Source: a virus (Duplodnaviria; Caudoviricetes). From it: DNA of 64,000 bases. Both the position numbers and the translations under genes were made by a program. The first letter of the stretch is position 1. Each line of letters opens with the position of its first letter. Shown here piece after piece: positions 42,509 through 52,500 of the stretch. The notes under the pieces were generated by a model. The model saw nothing but the letters and a program-made list of their open reading frames with translations. It did not search any database and was not told the DNA's origin. Location: IMG/VR virus record IMGVR_UViG_3300035498_000732, positions 62,689 through 126,688 of that record; one strand, given 5' to 3'.

Positions 42509-42642
42509 ATAATACTCCTTTCCCTTAGGCTTGTCCTAAGAATAAAATTTTTGTGGGTATCATCAGTACCCTATACTATATGAATAATATATAATTAAAA
42601 TTAAGGAAAATTTCGGGTAGGCTTAAATGCCTACCCGACTTT

Positions 42643-43317
42643 TTATTCACCAGCTATTTTTTGTAATATAGGAAGTTCTTCTGAGCATTCACGCATAATA
42701 TATGGATTATCTAAGAATATAGCAGCTGTTTTCTTTCCTATTCCAGCTTTTCTAGCCTCTATCTCTTTTCTATGTAATTTAATCCATGCACATAAATCAC
42801 CTATAGAGATAATACTATTATTCTTCATGAATTTCTCTATAAATGGATAATCAAACATGTCAAACAAACATATCGCAAGATATAATTTATCTGGGCTATA
42901 TTCTGGCTCATTCCATATTCCATAATTATCATAGCATCCTAAGAATCTATTCTTCCGCAACTCATGTAATTGCATAGGATATGTCTTCTCAGATAGTATA
43001 TATGCTCTGGGACTCATCAATTCTCTTAAATGAGATTGAATATGATTCTTTACCTCTTGCTCAGGAATGTTTCTTTTCTTAGATATCTCTTCTATAGATA
43101 GATTATCTATATACATATCTCTCATTGAACACATTTGATCATGTGGAAGCCCCAAACCAGATCCAAATACATATATCCAATTTCTTGTGAAACGCTTCAT
43201 GGAACTGTCTACGCCAAGCATTACGTCATATACATTCAAGAACGAGTACCATGGCTTTTCCATTTTTGCCAGATCTTCGATTAGTCTATCCATAATTACT
43301 ACATTTTCATCTACCAT
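42643..43317 (-). CDS. Sigma70 region-4-like HTH protein with C-terminal alpha-CTD-like HhH
   Basis: YIDNLSIEEISKKRNIPEQEVKNHI; NSIISIGDL...GIGKKT. Confidence 0.55.
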   Translation of the reverse strand: MVDENVVIMDRLIEDLAKMEKPWYSFLNVYDVMLGVDSSMKRFTRNWIYVFGSGLGLPHDQMCSMRDMYIDNLSIEEISKKRNIPEQEVKNHIQSHLRELMSPRAYILSEKTYPMQLHELRKNRFLGCYDNYGIWNEPEYSPDKLYLAICLFDMFDYPFIEKFMKNNSIISIGDLCAWIKLHRKEIEARKAGIGKKTAAIFLDNPYIMRECSEELPILQKIAGE

Positions 43318-43332
43318 GATACGCCTCCTTAT

Positions 43333-44565
43333 TTATATTGGCTCATAGCTCTGCATCTGAGCAGGACTTAAGTCATTGTAGTTGTAATATAATCCATATT
43401 GAGATTTCTTCCAAATCTTTTTCTTAGAAAGTGCTTCTCTTAATTTGAAATATGCATTATATAATTGCAGATATTTCTTTCTTTCACCTTCTGAAATCTT
43501 TGGACTTGCAAGATAATTATCCAATGCAGACATTCTATTGTTAATCTCTCTCAATAATTGGAGAGCATCTAATTCATCTTCTACATTATTCAATCTCATC
43601 TGATATTCATAGAAGTCATTCTCGATACTCCTCAATCCAGTATTCTTAAGATTATTGAATAATTTATTCTCATGCAAGAATGATTCTGTAAGTACTGTCA
43701 TTTCTTTTAATTGAACATCAGAGATTGGATTCTGAATATCTCCTTTTACAGCTGCAATAGGAGCTACATATGTAAGTAATCTCTTCTTAAGATAATTCAT
43801 CTTATTCTTTTGTAATGTAGATCCTTCAAGCGAAATAGCTCTATCAAGAGTCTTTACAGCACCCACTCTTTTAATGTGTACTTCTTGATATACTCTGAGA
43901 GACCAATACAGCATAATAAATTTAGGTACATTAGATCCTTTAGCCATAGAATATGCATTAGAACCAATCTTTCTTAATGCAGTCTCTAATTCAGGTCCAT
44001 ACCCACATGCCACCACAAAGCTATCAGCTGCTACTTCTTCATCTCTATACCAAATAGATACAGCTTTAACCATAGCATCTTCAATACCAAAACGAATTAC
44101 ATCTGGGCAATACGATAATTGAGTGGCATCCATCTGTGTACGATTCTTCTTAAAATACACATCCATATTTCTCTGTACAATCTTAGCAGGAGAATCATCT
44201 ATTACAAGATGGCCTACCTCATGTAATAGAATAGCAGTAAGCTCTTTATCTGTCAATACTAATGAATCTAATAATTTAGAATCAATATCAATACTATACT
44301 GCTTTACTCTAAGTAAATCCTTATCATTGCCATCAGATAATGCAATTGCAGCAACTTGTTCATCTGTTAAGCTAGGACATACCGACATGCCAAAGAATAA
44401 TTTATCCTTATTATCAGAATAAAATACATTGTTACATGTAGCTTCTGGGAAGAATTTATTTAATTCAGATCTAATTCTATTAAGATTAGATTGACTTTTT
44501 GGATTCATTCTCAAAGAAGCCATAGCGCGCTCTATATTCTTTAGATCATAACCAAATTTAGGCAT
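43333..44565 (-). CDS. Zincin-like metallopeptidase (HExxH), probably virion-associated
   Basis: ILLHEVGH...EEVAADSFV..GYGPEL; late motif at 44597-44610. Confidence 0.75.
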   Translation of the reverse strand: MPKFGYDLKNIERAMASLRMNPKSQSNLNRIRSELNKFFPEATCNNVFYSDNKDKLFFGMSVCPSLTDEQVAAIALSDGNDKDLLRVKQYSIDIDSKLLDSLVLTDKELTAILLHEVGHLVIDDSPAKIVQRNMDVYFKKNRTQMDATQLSYCPDVIRFGIEDAMVKAVSIWYRDEEVAADSFVVACGYGPELETALRKIGSNAYSMAKGSNVPKFIMLYWSLRVYQEVHIKRVGAVKTLDRAISLEGSTLQKNKMNYLKKRLLTYVAPIAAVKGDIQNPISDVQLKEMTVLTESFLHENKLFNNLKNTGLRSIENDFYEYQMRLNNVEDELDALQLLREINNRMSALDNYLASPKISEGERKKYLQLYNAYFKLREALSKKKIWKKSQYGLYYNYNDLSPAQMQSYEPI

Positions 44566-44690
44566 TTCTATACCCTCCTTTTAAAATAATTACGTAATTA
44601 AGGATATGTTCCCCAGACCAAAATATAAGAAGGTAGCTTTCTAATTAACCCAGAACTGTAGAGTATAGAAAATATAAAGGAGGTTTAAAT

Positions 44691-44768
44691 ATGAGGGAGC
44701 TTGGCATAATATGTTTTGTTCTAGCTTTTATTTGTCATATTGTAGCAGAATATCTTGATAATAAATAA
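44691..44768 (+). CDS. Small hydrophobic peptide (25 aa)
   Basis: RBS aaggagg; MRELGIICFVLAFICHIVAEYLDNK. Confidence 0.5.
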   Translation: MRELGIICFVLAFICHIVAEYLDNK

Positions 44769-44779
44769 GGAGGGTTATA

Positions 44780-45187
44780 ATGAGATATTTAGTTTTATTA
44801 ATAGCAATGTATTTCTTTCATACATTAGCTGATTATAATTTACAAGGATGGCTTGCATCTGCAAAACAGAAAAAATGGTGGGAAGCGAATTGCCCAGATG
44901 AATTATATAAGGATGATTATGTAACCGCTTTATATACTCATGCATTTGTATGGACATGTTGTATATTTATTCCTCCATTAGTATATGCATGGTATTATGA
45001 ATATAATTTAGATAGGTATACAATTATAATTAATATAGTCTTTTTATTCAATATGCTTATACATAAATTTATTGATGATTTAAAGGCTAACAAAAAGAAA
45101 ATAAACTTAAAGCAAGATCAATTTTCTCATACAATTCAAATTTATATTACATATGCAATATTCTTAGTATTATTTGATTTATCATAA
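44780..45187 (+). CDS. DUF3307-like membrane protein
   Basis: HTLADYNLQ, H...IDDLK and DQFSH conserved His/Asp motifs. Confidence 0.7.
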   Translation: MRYLVLLIAMYFFHTLADYNLQGWLASAKQKKWWEANCPDELYKDDYVTALYTHAFVWTCCIFIPPLVYAWYYEYNLDRYTIIINIVFLFNMLIHKFIDDLKANKKKINLKQDQFSHTIQIYITYAIFLVLFDLS

Positions 45188-45196
45188 GGAGAAGTT

Positions 45197-47302
45197 ATGG
45201 ATAGCATTACAATGCAGAAATACAAAGATACTACAAAGCGTTTATTAAGATTATCTTTTCCAAATATGATGGAGAGCGATTTTGATGCAGCAATAGATTA
45301 TTCTATTCAAAAAAGATATACAGAATACCCAGCTCAAGTAGTAAATAATTATAAAAAGAATACAGTAAATCTTACATTATTGGAAGTGGCAGATTATATC
45401 TATACAAGAGAACCAATCTTAACAGGATATGGTGTAATGTTTAAGAAGCATGGCACGGTACCAAATCCATTAGCTAAAGTTATTCAATCATTTCTAGATA
45501 ATAGATCTATTCATAAGAAAGAAATGTTTAGACATGAGAAAGGTTCTGAGGATTATGAACATTGGAATCTGATTCAATCATTGGATAAGATCGATGCAAA
45601 TGGAATCTTTGGTATTCTTACAATGAATGCATCATTGGTATATAATCTTCATGTAGGAGCATCAATATTAGGGCAATCTAGATCTCAGATTTCATCTTTG
45701 TCAATGTTGTTTGAAATGTTTCTGGCAAATAACGTCAAGTTTGGATCTGTAGATGAGATAGTTATCTATATAGATAATATCTTAAATGAAAGAAGATCTA
45801 GAAAGTATAATGATAAAGATATCTTAGATGAAGATATTCCATTGCATCAAGTATTTGGGCATATCATTATGATGTGTGGATGGCTGTGGATACCATCAGA
45901 AGAAGAGATGCAAGTGATTTGGGATATATTACAGAATCTATCTCAAGAGGATTTGAATAGAATCTATTACAAGAATAATCTATATGAGTTTGTAGGAAAC
46001 TCATGTATGGTTACAGCTCTTAGAACTATTTTAGAGCAATTGAATGAGCCATATTTGAATCCAATGAAACCTCCAAAAGAGATAGAAGCAGAATTAGATG
46101 TATTTAGAGATTTAATTGTTGAGTATGTATATTATTCATATCAGATTCCAGATAGAGTAGATCGTAATGCAAATATGATTAAATCTATAATTATGATCTC
46201 TGATACAGATAGTTGTATTATATCATTAGATGCATGGTATAGATTTGGATTATTGGTTATTGGAGATGAGAGAATCAATATATCTAAGATGCAGATAGAT
46301 CCATTTAAGAAGATAGAATTAGATGATATTGGAGATGAGAATAATAGAGCATGGATCAAAGCAGCAGAATTTGATCATGAAGAAGATTATGACTTTTATA
46401 ATGATGAAGTTATAGAGAAAGAGCATTGGATAAATCCAGTAGTATTCTTACCACAGGATAATGTAAGGTATTCAATCATAAATATCATGTGTTATATCTT
46501 GGATTATGTAGTTAATGATTATATGATTAAATTCACTAAAGCTAATTTCTCATGGGCTGAAGGAAAAGAATGCAAGATAGTGGCAAAGAATGAGTTTCTA
46601 TTCAGAAGAGCATTATTATCAGATGGCAAGAAGAATTATGCATCTTATCAAGAGATCCAAGAGGGTAATTTTGTACCAAAGGATGAAGCATTAGATGTAA
46701 AAGGATTACAAGCTCTTACAAAATCATCATCTCCAGATTCTACTAAATCTGCATTAAAGAAAATTCTATTAGAGGATATTCTTACAGCAGATAATATAGA
46801 TCAAGTAAAGATTATTAAAGATCTTGCTATCTTAGAGCATAAGATAATTGAATCTATTAATAGTGGATCTAAAGAATATTATAAGCCAGTGAATATTAAA
46901 TCTATTGGAGCATATGATGATCCAATGAGAATTCAAGGAATTAAAGCATCTATAGCATGGAATGAATTAAGAACTGGAGATTTAGATGTAATAGATTTAG
47001 ATTCTCGTAATCATGTGGAAGTAGCAAAGGTAATTATAGATAAGAATACAGTAGAGAAATTAAGAGGATATCCAGAAGTATATGAAAAAGCATTAAAGTT
47101 ATTAGAAGAACCAGACTTCAAAAAGGATGGTAAAATAAAGGCAATAGCGATTCCTACAACAGAAGATGTTCCAGAATGGCTTATTGAAGTGGTAAACACT
47201 AATGAACTTGTCACAGATAACTTAAAAGGCTTTCCACTGGAATCTGTACGTATCAACAGGCTTAATGCAGCCGTTCCGGTAAGTAATATACTTCAGCTAT
47301 AA
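45197..47302 (+). CDS. Family B DNA polymerase, polymerase subunit (split, phiKZ-like)
   Basis: KIDANGIFG (motif B), SDTDS (motif C), KKNY and DVKG; no exonuclease motifs visible. Confidence 0.85.
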   Translation: MDSITMQKYKDTTKRLLRLSFPNMMESDFDAAIDYSIQKRYTEYPAQVVNNYKKNTVNLTLLEVADYIYTREPILTGYGVMFKKHGTVPNPLAKVIQSFLDNRSIHKKEMFRHEKGSEDYEHWNLIQSLDKIDANGIFGILTMNASLVYNLHVGASILGQSRSQISSLSMLFEMFLANNVKFGSVDEIVIYIDNILNERRSRKYNDKDILDEDIPLHQVFGHIIMMCGWLWIPSEEEMQVIWDILQNLSQEDLNRIYYKNNLYEFVGNSCMVTALRTILEQLNEPYLNPMKPPKEIEAELDVFRDLIVEYVYYSYQIPDRVDRNANMIKSIIMISDTDSCIISLDAWYRFGLLVIGDERINISKMQIDPFKKIELDDIGDENNRAWIKAAEFDHEEDYDFYNDEVIEKEHWINPVVFLPQDNVRYSIINIMCYILDYVVNDYMIKFTKANFSWAEGKECKIVAKNEFLFRRALLSDGKKNYASYQEIQEGNFVPKDEALDVKGLQALTKSSSPDSTKSALKKILLEDILTADNIDQVKIIKDLAILEHKIIESINSGSKEYYKPVNIKSIGAYDDPMRIQGIKASIAWNELRTGDLDVIDLDSRNHVEVAKVIIDKNTVEKLRGYPEVYEKALKLLEEPDFKKDGKIKAIAIPTTEDVPEWLIEVVNTNELVTDNLKGFPLESVRINRLNAAVPVSNILQL

Positions 47303-47511
47303 ACATATGGGTAAGAGCAAAACCTTGTTGTTTCGGTTCTTCATAAAAATACCTTCTTTCTTTGAATAATTTAAAGACAGTATTTCCCCTACGCCGATAA
47401 GAGCGTAGGGGTTATACTGACCAAATTCATTAGGAGAACTTTTTAAACAAGGCTCTTGCTTTAACCTATGGCAAAAGAGAAAAACAAGATATAGAAACAC
47501 CAATAATGGTA

Positions 47512-47937
47512 TTATCTATCATTTCCACCAGCACGCATAAAGGACAGAGGCATCTTCTTCTTAAGGTAGTTCTTTTGACCAACCTTAGCAACCTTCTCAG
47601 CCTTTGATCCGTACTTCTTTACAATAGCACCAATAAGCTTACGCTCCTGCACACGATTCTTTACAAGCTTTGTCCATAATGGATCCTTCTTAGAACGTGC
47701 AATGGAGAATGCTGCCATTGTGCGTCTACGAGATACATCATCTTTCTTAGACAGTCTAACGAGAGTTTTCTTTCTCATTACACCAGCCTCAACTAATGCT
47801 TCAGCCTCATCTGAATGACAAAATTCCTGAATCTGCTCATCAGATAAATGTGATACCTCGTCTACAATATAAGATTCTAAGAGTCCCTCAGGGATCTCTT
47901 CGCCAAAACTTTCAGCTACAATATTACCATAAACCAT
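47512..47937 (-). CDS. Putative internal head protein (acidic leader, basic C-half)
   Basis: VAES, LLES and LVEA sites followed by a K/R-rich region; late motif near 47972. Confidence 0.55.
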   Translation of the reverse strand: MVYGNIVAESFGEEIPEGLLESYIVDEVSHLSDEQIQEFCHSDEAEALVEAGVMRKKTLVRLSKKDDVSRRRTMAAFSIARSKKDPLWTKLVKNRVQERKLIGAIVKKYGSKAEKVAKVGQKNYLKKKMPLSFMRAGGNDR

Positions 47938-47986
47938 GAAGTAATTACCTCCTTATTTTACTAGAATATTCTATACTTATATGTTT

Positions 47987-49477
47987 CTAAGCGATATTTA
48001 CTACAGGATTTGATACGGTAAACGATGGATCGTCCTTAAATACATAGTATGCCTGCTCTTCAGCACATGTAGCCTCTTCAGGTGTTGTAACAGTATGGCC
48101 TGCAGCAATCATATTCGTAATATTTACAACCATCTTGGAGAAATCCATTCCATCTATATAAGCCTGGAAGAGAAGTCCTGACCACCACTTACCATTCTGA
48201 TAACCAAGTTCATAGTACTTACTACCATCTGATGTATCTACAGCAGTATATGTATTATTAGCAACATTAAGTGTACAAGCTGCACCACTTATATTACTGA
48301 ATCTGTAAGAATCACCATCGCCAAATGTATTATTATTTAATTCAACGGTGGCACCCTCTTCGAAGTCATACATACTGATTCCATTATGAGTACATGTACC
48401 TGCTGTAAATGAGCAATTAGATATAGTTGTACCATCTACAACTTTAATCTTAGTTCCCCACTCAATAGCATGGTAGCACTCATTATCTCCAAATGCTACA
48501 TTATCGATAACAATCTTACCATTACCAGCAATATTGATAATAGAATAGAAGTATTTCTCGCCTTCTATTGCTGCATCTTTGATAGTAACATTAGCATTTC
48601 CAGATATAATAATAGCACTTCCAGATGAATTTCTTTTTCCATTACCAGTACCAGCACTAGATTGAGCACCAGAGAATTTCACATTAGAGATAAGAGCATC
48701 TCCTTCTTCAGCACTAATATTTATATATCCAGATAATGTAGTATTATCTACTCCAGCACCAATAATACTAACTGCCTTATCAAGAACAATATTCTCATCA
48801 TATATTCCAGCAGGAATAGCAAGAATCTGACCTACTTCAAGTGCTGCTACTGCATCTGCAATGGTATCATAACCATCTTTTCCTAATGTGATATCAGCAA
48901 CAAACTCAGGTACATATTTCTTAATTTCTCCAGATTCAGGAACTGTATTCCTGATATCAAGATTATCAGAAGTCTCAGCTTCACCTTCAAAATCACAGAG
49001 AATATTGCAGCCACACATGTCTACAATAATATTCTTGGCATTATCACATGTTAATGGAGCAGTAATAGTCTGATCAGCAAGTAATGCAACTACATCACCA
49101 TCTTTTACTGTATTGATAGCAGCCTGAATACTTGTATCGGCATCGATAAAGTATACAGTAGTATCTTTATCAAGATTCTCACTCTCTACTTCATGATGCT
49201 TTAAGCAATGCTTGCTAAATTTAATATTGTCTGTAAATGTAACTTTTCTTTTTCCCTCTGTAGAAGTACCGCCAACGATAATAGTATCTTCATCCATTGT
49301 GTCCAAATCATAAGTGCTAATATACTTATTATCGCTTAATAAAGATGACTTGAATACAGAGCTAATGCTCTTGTAATCATCAAGATCTGTAACCTCAACT
49401 GGATGCTTACATCCACTAGGCGTACCATAAGGGCCAACTTCTTTTGGTTTTCTAAAAACCATCATATATTGAGCCAA
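47987..49477 (-). CDS. Parallel beta-helix (pectin lyase-like) protein
   Basis: YDTIADAVAAL...IPAGIYDENIVLDKAVSIIGAG then Asn/Ile beta-helix repeats; TTG start; late motif at 49520. Confidence 0.7.
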   Translation of the reverse strand: MAQYMMVFRKPKEVGPYGTPSGCKHPVEVTDLDDYKSISSVFKSSLLSDNKYISTYDLDTMDEDTIIVGGTSTEGKRKVTFTDNIKFSKHCLKHHEVESENLDKDTTVYFIDADTSIQAAINTVKDGDVVALLADQTITAPLTCDNAKNIIVDMCGCNILCDFEGEAETSDNLDIRNTVPESGEIKKYVPEFVADITLGKDGYDTIADAVAALEVGQILAIPAGIYDENIVLDKAVSIIGAGVDNTTLSGYINISAEEGDALISNVKFSGAQSSAGTGNGKRNSSGSAIIISGNANVTIKDAAIEGEKYFYSIINIAGNGKIVIDNVAFGDNECYHAIEWGTKIKVVDGTTISNCSFTAGTCTHNGISMYDFEEGATVELNNNTFGDGDSYRFSNISGAACTLNVANNTYTAVDTSDGSKYYELGYQNGKWWSGLLFQAYIDGMDFSKMVVNITNMIAAGHTVTTPEEATCAEEQAYYVFKDDPSFTVSNPVVNIA

Positions 49478-49573
49478 TTTTATATTCCTCCTTTATTTAA
49501 TTTAATTTACAATGGATAAATTATTAATAAGTTTAGGAAAAATTGGGGTAGGCATTTAGCCTACCCCATCATT

Positions 49574-52500
49574 TTAAGCTTTAGTATCATCAAATGGAAT
49601 ACCTAATTTCTCTTTACAAGTACGATCTAATTCAACCATTAGCTTATTTAGAGCACCCACTACAGCAATAGAACATACCATTCGTCCATTTACAGAAGTA
49701 TTTGTAATGAAACCATCAATAACTTCATTAGGCCTAAGATCTGTATATGGTTCTTCACCTAATGGGAATAATCCTTTATTTACTCCCTTATTAGCAGAAT
49801 ACCATACAATCTTATCTCCAATAGCAGGTACATCTCTATATTGTTGGCAGAACTCAATCATTATCCCATCTTCTACATTCTTTAATTTACCAGTAGCAGG
49901 TAATTTATAAGTTGCAGGAAGTTCATATGTATCCAAACCATTCTGCTCAAGTACTCTCTTCTTGGCTTTAATTGGTTTCTCATATGCAGTAACTAGTTTC
50001 TTCAATGATGGAGATAATTCATCCAGCTCACAAGTTCTATAGATAATTACATCTACCAATTCTCCAGTACATTCTGCTCTAATTGGAACTCTACCAAGTG
50101 AAGATAATTGCTCTTCATCACCTGCTAAGTTTCTTTGTAGAATCTCTAAGTCTTCACTCTCATATGGAGTTTGGAAAGCCATTAATTGATCTCCTTCTTC
50201 AATATGAGTACCTTTAGATAATACATTATACACATTAGTATTCTTTGGAAGAAGTACTTGCTTAACCTTAATTACATCACAGGCCATTGCATCAGATAAT
50301 CTATGAGACATAATAGAAGAATCCTCAAATCCTTCATCTGTATTTAACATAGCTACTTTAGCAAGAGTACCTACTTTATAAGCCATATTATCATTCTCAC
50401 CGACTGTATTACCAATAGATAATTTATCATATGCTAATATCTCATCAGTTTTGAACTTAGATCCTACTCTAAGATCTGTATCCAACTTCAATGGAATATG
50501 AAATCCTCCATCAGAGTTCTTTTGTACTGTAGTAGAGAGATTAATATAATCCTTACTACCATTCTTATATTGCACAATCATATAATCATCTGGTACTAAT
50601 TCTATAACCTCTCCTGGGGCCTTAGCCTTAAATGCAAAGATATCAGAAGCAATATATGGCAATGCTTCATCAGCTCCATTGGTTACTAATAGTGGATCTG
50701 CATTAATACATCTCATACCATGCTTAGACTTTTGTACGAATGTCATTGCTGTACGGAATGGGTCATCATGTGTAGCACCCATTGGAGTAAGTGCTTCTGT
50801 AGCCTCCATTGTCTTTACATCATTGAGCTGAGTAGTATCATTATCAATAGTTTTTACATATCCACGCTTACCTTCTACATTCATATCTAATGTGGCCTGA
50901 CGGGTAATACCAACATTACCAGCAAATCCAGTAGACATTCCAATTACATTAAGCATAGAATCATCATATGTACGTTTATCCAAGCTATATGCTCTTTCAC
51001 TATTCAGACCAGTAAGTCCTTTGGTAGATATAGCATTTACAGATTCTACATCTGTAAGCATATTATTGGTAGAGTAGTCTTTCTCTGTAGGATCTAAAAG
51101 TATTCTATCAATAACAGCAGACTGTTTCATAGACATAGAAGCACCTGTTCTTGTATGCTTAGCCTGAATAGTATATACAGAATATGCATCTGTAATAGCT
51201 TTATATACATATCCAGCAATAAGCTCAGCTCTTCTGATACGTCTAGCTCTCATATCTGTATGCTTATAGTACTCATTATCTACTAATAGAGTATTAGCAT
51301 ACAATAAGCATTCTACAAAGTCTGTAGGAAGATTATAATGATTTAATACATCCTTAGTGATTGGATCTATCATACAATCATAGAATACATCAAGACCGTC
51401 TGTCTTAATCTTGCTGCAGAATTGAGTAACAAAATCTGTATTCATAGCCTTAGAGTTTAGATCTGCCAATTTATAATCTTCTGTATTGCATTCCTTCAAT
51501 CCATTCATCAATAATGATACAGATTGATCTCCAGTCCATACAAGATATCCATCTTCAAACTTCACATAGTCTTTAGATTCATCTTTACGTACATCTGTAG
51601 GTAGCTTCTCCATAAGTTCATAATGTACACCGGCTTTATCAAATACTCTGGTTAAGCCCTCATAATATCCACAAAGAGCAATCAATGGAATATCTGAATT
51701 TAATATCCTTGCTCTAGAATAAGTATACTTGGTCTTCTTAGGAATAGATTTTGATATATCAGCAAATTCTTTATCCTGATCAAGTACACTGAGAATCGTA
51801 CTAGTTATACTATAGCTATCATTATTAGATAGATATATAATATCCCATTTAGATTGATCTTTTCCATTTTTATGTACTCCAAATGGAATACCCCTAGAAT
51901 CATCTATGCTGTACTTCTGTCTAATTTCATCTTGATCAAAGTAATAGATAAGATCATTGTATTCTATCTTACTATATACTTGTGCAAGATCAATATAATC
52001 TATTGGTAATGAATATTTAGAACAGATCCTACTATTATCACCATAGTATATCTTAATATTATTCCCTTTATACTTCTTAAGAGATCTTACTAAAATATCT
52101 GATGATCTATTAGATTTACCAGGAGCTGTATTGAATCTTCTTATAAAGATCTTATTATAATTAGATACAATCTGTGCATCTCCTTCATCTGTTTTCAATA
52201 TAGGCATTAAGAATAACTGAGTCTCAATTGTCTTTCTATTACCTCTAAGCATCATATATCGATTCTCATTCATGAATTTTGGCACATCAAATTTTAAAGT
52301 AAATCTTTTACCAAATGAATCTTCACAATGTACTGTCCACAGATCCACATAATCTAATGCAGTAGAATTATCTTTTACATCAAGATCTCTAACCACAATT
52401 GGATAAGTCCAATCTGCCATAGAATTAAGAATTGCTACTATATCTGAATTTACATTATAAGTCTTATCAAAATTAGCATAAGTCAATTCATTCCATTCTT

